Below, piece by piece: positions 60,030 through 64,000 of a stretch of 64,000 bases of DNA. The notes beneath the pieces are model-generated. The model did not search any database. It saw only the letters and a list, made by a program, of their open reading frames with translations, and was not told where the DNA came from. Positions within the stretch are counted from its first letter, which is position 1. Every line of letters starts with the position of its first letter. A program made the translations under genes and the position numbers. Where the stretch lies: assembly GCA_024679065.1 (NCBI GenBank), contig JAGIQG010000017.1, positions 57,846,001-57,910,000 of the forward strand, given 5' to 3'. The DNA comes from Sphyrna mokarran. Taxonomy: Eukaryota.

Positions 60030-60546
60030 CTGTGTGCAAATTAAACAAAAGTAAATGGTGAGAAAATGAAACCGGTCTGAGATTTGTTTTTTTCTCTCTG
60101 ATAGAACATCTTTGCTGTGAAACTATGGGCATACCGACATCGCCGAGAGTGCAGTTATTCAAAAAATGCAGCTGACCTCAACTTTATTGAGGAGAATTAA
60201 CAATGCGCAAATGTGTTATTAGACATATTCGTATGATATTTTTAGGTTTTAAAAGCATCACGGGCTTCAGGGAAAAGCGACATTATGTCACTGAGATAGA
60301 TTGAGATATGATCATATTGAATGGTGGAGCAGATTTCAAGGGTCAAAGGACCCACCTCTGTTCTAAGATTCTACGTTCCTGATTAAAGCCCAGCTTCACT
60401 ATATGAAGTGTAATTCTATGTGAGGCAAACAATCTTCTCCTGTGAAGCCCAAAGCTTGTTTTCAGTCTAATTGACTGCCACTTTGTCCGTGTTGAGCTCT
60501 ACCCAATGCTTATTTCAGCCGGTGTGCTCAACAACATCTTATATTT

Positions 60547-61068
60547 TGCGGCCACAATTGGAGTATTGCATACAGTTCTGGTCACTGCATTATAAGAAAG
60601 ATGTGGAAGCATTGGAAAGGGTGCAGAGGAGGTTTACCAGGATGTTGCCTGATATGGTGGGAAGGCCTTATGAGGAAAGGCTGAGGGACCTGAGGTTATT
60701 TTCATTAGAGAGAAGGTTACACGGTGACCTAATTGAGGCGTATAAGATGATCAAGGGATTGGATAGGGTGGATAGTGAGAGCCTTTTTCCTCGGATGGTG
60801 ATGACCAACACGAGGGGACATAACTTTAAATTAAGAGGTGGTATTTATAGGACGGATGTCAGAGGCAGGTTCTTTACACAGAGGGTGGTGAGAGCGTGGA
60901 ATGCCCTGCCTGCAGCCGTCGTGGACTCGCCTACTTTGGGGGCATTCAAATGTTCGGTGGATAGGCATATGGATGATATTGGAATAGTTTAGGTTAGTGG
61001 GTCCACTGGCCGGCGCAACATCGAGGGCCGAAGGGCCTGTACTGCGCTGTAATGTTCTATGTTCTATG
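60547..61068 (+). mobile_element. CR1 3' fragment in the presumed J-C intron
   Basis: RPQLEYCIQFWS...RFFTQRVV and tail. Confidence 0.9.
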
Positions 61069-61524
61069 TATATGATGATTAACGAGGCCATTCGGCTCAT
61101 CACGTGTGTGCAAGCACTTTGGTGGAGGGTTCAGTTTTGCCCCATTTCATCAACTGTTTCTACTCTCTCAAAATACTGCGCATTGGCCTTTCTGATTGGT
61201 TATCCGTTTTCTTCAAAAATAATACCATTACATCTACATGCTTTAAGGAACAATCCAGTAATACCCGCTTCAGGTAAACAGAGGATGGGAAATGAATGCA
61301 AACATTTTCCACATCTGAAGAATGCAGTTTATTCGTTAATTTAGTTATTCGGAATCCAATTGTTAAGCTACTTGGCGCTTTCTACTGATTCTGACTTGAA
61401 AGTAAGGCTTTAAAATATGTTTTGTCATATGGCTACCCCCAATATTTGAGCAACTCAATTATTTTCATGAAGCAAGACAAGAGTCGTTTTTTATCTAAAG
61501 TTTCATCTTATAATGTCTCAGAAC

Positions 61525-61968
61525 CATAGAACCATAGGACATTACAGCACAGAAACAAGCTTTTGGCCGTTCTTGGCTGTGCTGAACCATTTTTTGGCCT
61601 AGTCCCACTGGCCTGCACCTGGACTATATCCCTCCACACCCCTCATACCCATGTACCCGTCCAAATTTTTCTTAAATATGAAAAGTGAGCCCGCACTTAC
61701 CATTTCAATAGGCAGCTCATTCCACACTCCCATCACTCTCTGTTGAAGAAACCCCACTCCCCAATATTCCCATTCAACTTTTTTCCTTCCACCCTTAACC
61801 CACTCCCTCTGTCTTTTTCTCCCCTAGCCTCAGTGGAAAAAGTCTGTTTGCATTCACTCTATCTATTCCTATCATAATTTTATACGCCTCTATCAAATCT
61901 CCACTCATTCTTGTATGCTCCAGGGAATAAAGTCTTAACTATTCAATCTCTCTCTGTAACTCAGCTTC
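61525..61968 (-). mobile_element. Older CR1 3' end
   Basis: CCATAGAACCATAGGACATTACAGCACAGAAAC tail; diverged ORF2 end. Confidence 0.7.
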
Positions 61969-61969
61969 T

Positions 61970-62733
61970 CACGCAGGGAGATGCAAATGTAGTTGTGGAG
62001 AACACTGGGATACAGGGTTGCAAACTGGAAAGTATTGAAGTAGATAAGGAGGATGTGCTAGATATTCTTGAGGGTTTGAAGTTAGATAAGTCCCCTGGGC
62101 TGGACGGGATTTACACTAGGAATTCTCTGGGAGGCGACAGAGGCGATTGCATAGCCTCTGGCTCTGATCTTCAGGTCATCGTTGGTTACGGGTATAGTGC
62201 CGGAAGACTGGAGGATAGCGAATGTGGTTCCCATTGTTCAAGAAGAGGAAGAGAGACATTCCGGGGAATTATAGGCCGGTGAGTCTTACTTCTGTTGTAG
62301 GCAAAGTATTGGAGAGAAATATTAGGGATAGGATTTATAGTTATTTAGAGAGAAATGAATTGATTGGGGATAGTCAGCACGGCTTTGTGAAGGGTAGGTG
62401 GTGCCTTACTAATCCTATTGAGTTTTTTGAAAAAGTGACCTAAGAGGTGGATGGGGGTAAGGCAGTTGATGTGGTATATATGGACTGTAGTAAGGCGTTC
62501 GATAAGGTGGCACATGGAAGGCTTCTGCAGAAAATGCAGATGTATGGTATTGAGGGTGATTTAGCTAATTGGATTGGGAATTGGCTAGCAGATAGAAGAC
62601 AGAGGGTGGTGCTTGATGGGAGATACTCATCGTGGAGTTTGGTTACTAGTGGTGTACCTCAGGGATTGTTTTGGGGCCCCTGCTGTTTGTAATTTTTATA
62701 AATGATTTGGATGAGGGTATTGAAGGATGGATT
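61970..62733 (+). mobile_element. CR1 subfamily A ORF2 fragment
   Basis: [20 protein letters not shown] motifs. Confidence 0.92.
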
Positions 62734-64000
62734 ACATAGAACATAGAACATAGAACATTACAGCACAGAACAGGCCCTTCGGCCTTCGATGTTGTGCCGA
62801 CCAAAATAAAAAGCAATGCCCCTCCAAACTAAACCATTCCCTTCTTTTCCATATACTTATCAATTAAACTCTTAAACGCCACCAAACTTGGCGCATCTAC
62901 AACAGCTGCAGGCAGGGCATTCCACTCCCTAATCACTCTTTGAGTAAAGAACCTACCTCTGATATCCGTCCTATAACTCATACCCTTAATTTAAAGCTGT
63001 GTCCCCTCGTGCTAGCTTTCTCCATCCTAGGAAAAAAGCTATCACTGTCCACCCTATCTAAACCTCTAATCATCTTATATGCTTCAATAAGATCCCCTCT
63101 TAGCCGCCTCCTTTCTAACAAAAACAACCTCAAATCCCTTCAACCTCTCTTCATAGGACCTGCCCTCCATACCAGGCAACATCCTGGTAAACCTCCTCTG
63201 TACCCTCTCCAATGCCTCCACATATTTCTTATAATGTGGGGACCAGAACTGCACACAATACTCCAAGTGCGGCCGCACTAGAGTTTTGTACAGTTGCAAC
63301 ATGATGCTGCGGCTCCTAAATTCAATCCCCCTACCAATAAAAGCTAAGACTCCATATGCCTTCTTAACAACTTTATCCACTTGACTGCCTACTTTCAGGA
63401 TCTATTGACACATACACCAAGATCCTTCTGTTCCTCAACACTATTAAGAGCCCTACCATTAGCCCTATACTCTACACATTTATTGTTCCTGCCAAAGTGC
63501 ATTACCTCACACTTCTCCACATTAAACTCCATTTGCCACCTCTCGGCCCAGCTCTGCAACGTGTCCAAGTCCCTCTGCAAACTATAACACCCCTCTTCAC
63601 TATCTACCACTCCACCGACTTTAGTGTCATCTGCAAATTTACTGATCCATCCCTCAATACCCTCATCCAGATCATTTATAAAAATTACAAACAGCAGGGG
63701 CCCCAAAACCGACCCCTGAGGCACACCACTCGTCACCGAACTCCACGATGAATATCTCCCATCAACCACCACCCTCTGTCTTCTATCTGCCAGCCAATTC
63801 CGAATCCAATTAGCTAAATCACCCTCTATTCCACACATCTGCATTTTCTGTAGAATTCTTCCATGGGCCACCTTATCAAAAGCCTTACTAAAGTCCATAT
63901 ATACTACATCAACCGCCTTACCCCCATCCACCTCTCTGGTCACTTTCTCAAAAAACTCAATGAGGTTAGTAAGGCATGACCCACCCTTCACGAAACCATG
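62734..64000 (-). mobile_element. CR1 subfamily A, runs off the window edge
   Basis: RT ORF 63395-63991 and (AGAACAT)n tail at 62734. Confidence 0.94.

Noticed and set aside
60030-64000. J-beta or D-beta segments upstream of C
   Set aside because: No FGxGT motif with donor and RSS found on the minus strand; they presumably lie beyond the window.

Overview
Vertebrate genomic DNA, most likely from a shark or other cartilaginous fish (inferred from the TCR-beta C sequence, HE1/V-SINE-type SINEs and CR1 LINEs). About half the window is young or old CR1 LINE fragments, which explain nearly all long ORFs in the track. The unique sequence is the 3' end of a T-cell receptor beta locus and its neighbourhood. 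(1) A complete four-exon TRBC gene on the minus strand (54469-60029); D and J segments must lie beyond the right edge. (2) A candidate TCR-beta enhancer about 4 kb 3' of it. (3) About 25 kb further 3', an oppositely oriented V segment with leader exon and intact 23-RSS (28425-29504). It is inactivated in this copy and looks more Ig-heavy/V-delta-like than V-beta-like; a possible second V relic lies nearby. (4) A group-B SRCR (CD163/WC1-like) gene (about 3.4-23.3 kb, plus strand) with five intact SRCR exons, a decayed sixth exon, no recognisable TM exon and a frameshifted tail exon. Other signals: a CpG-rich orphan promoter with a strong CTCF site, an old ~1.1 kb duplication whose best-conserved core can fold as a pseudoknot behind TTTAAAC, Penelope-type repeats with hammerhead-like cores, and three-level CR1 nesting. 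A 134-N gap (36643-36776) separates the V/SRCR side from the C side. Repeat boundaries are approximate and family calls come from motif recognition, not database searches.
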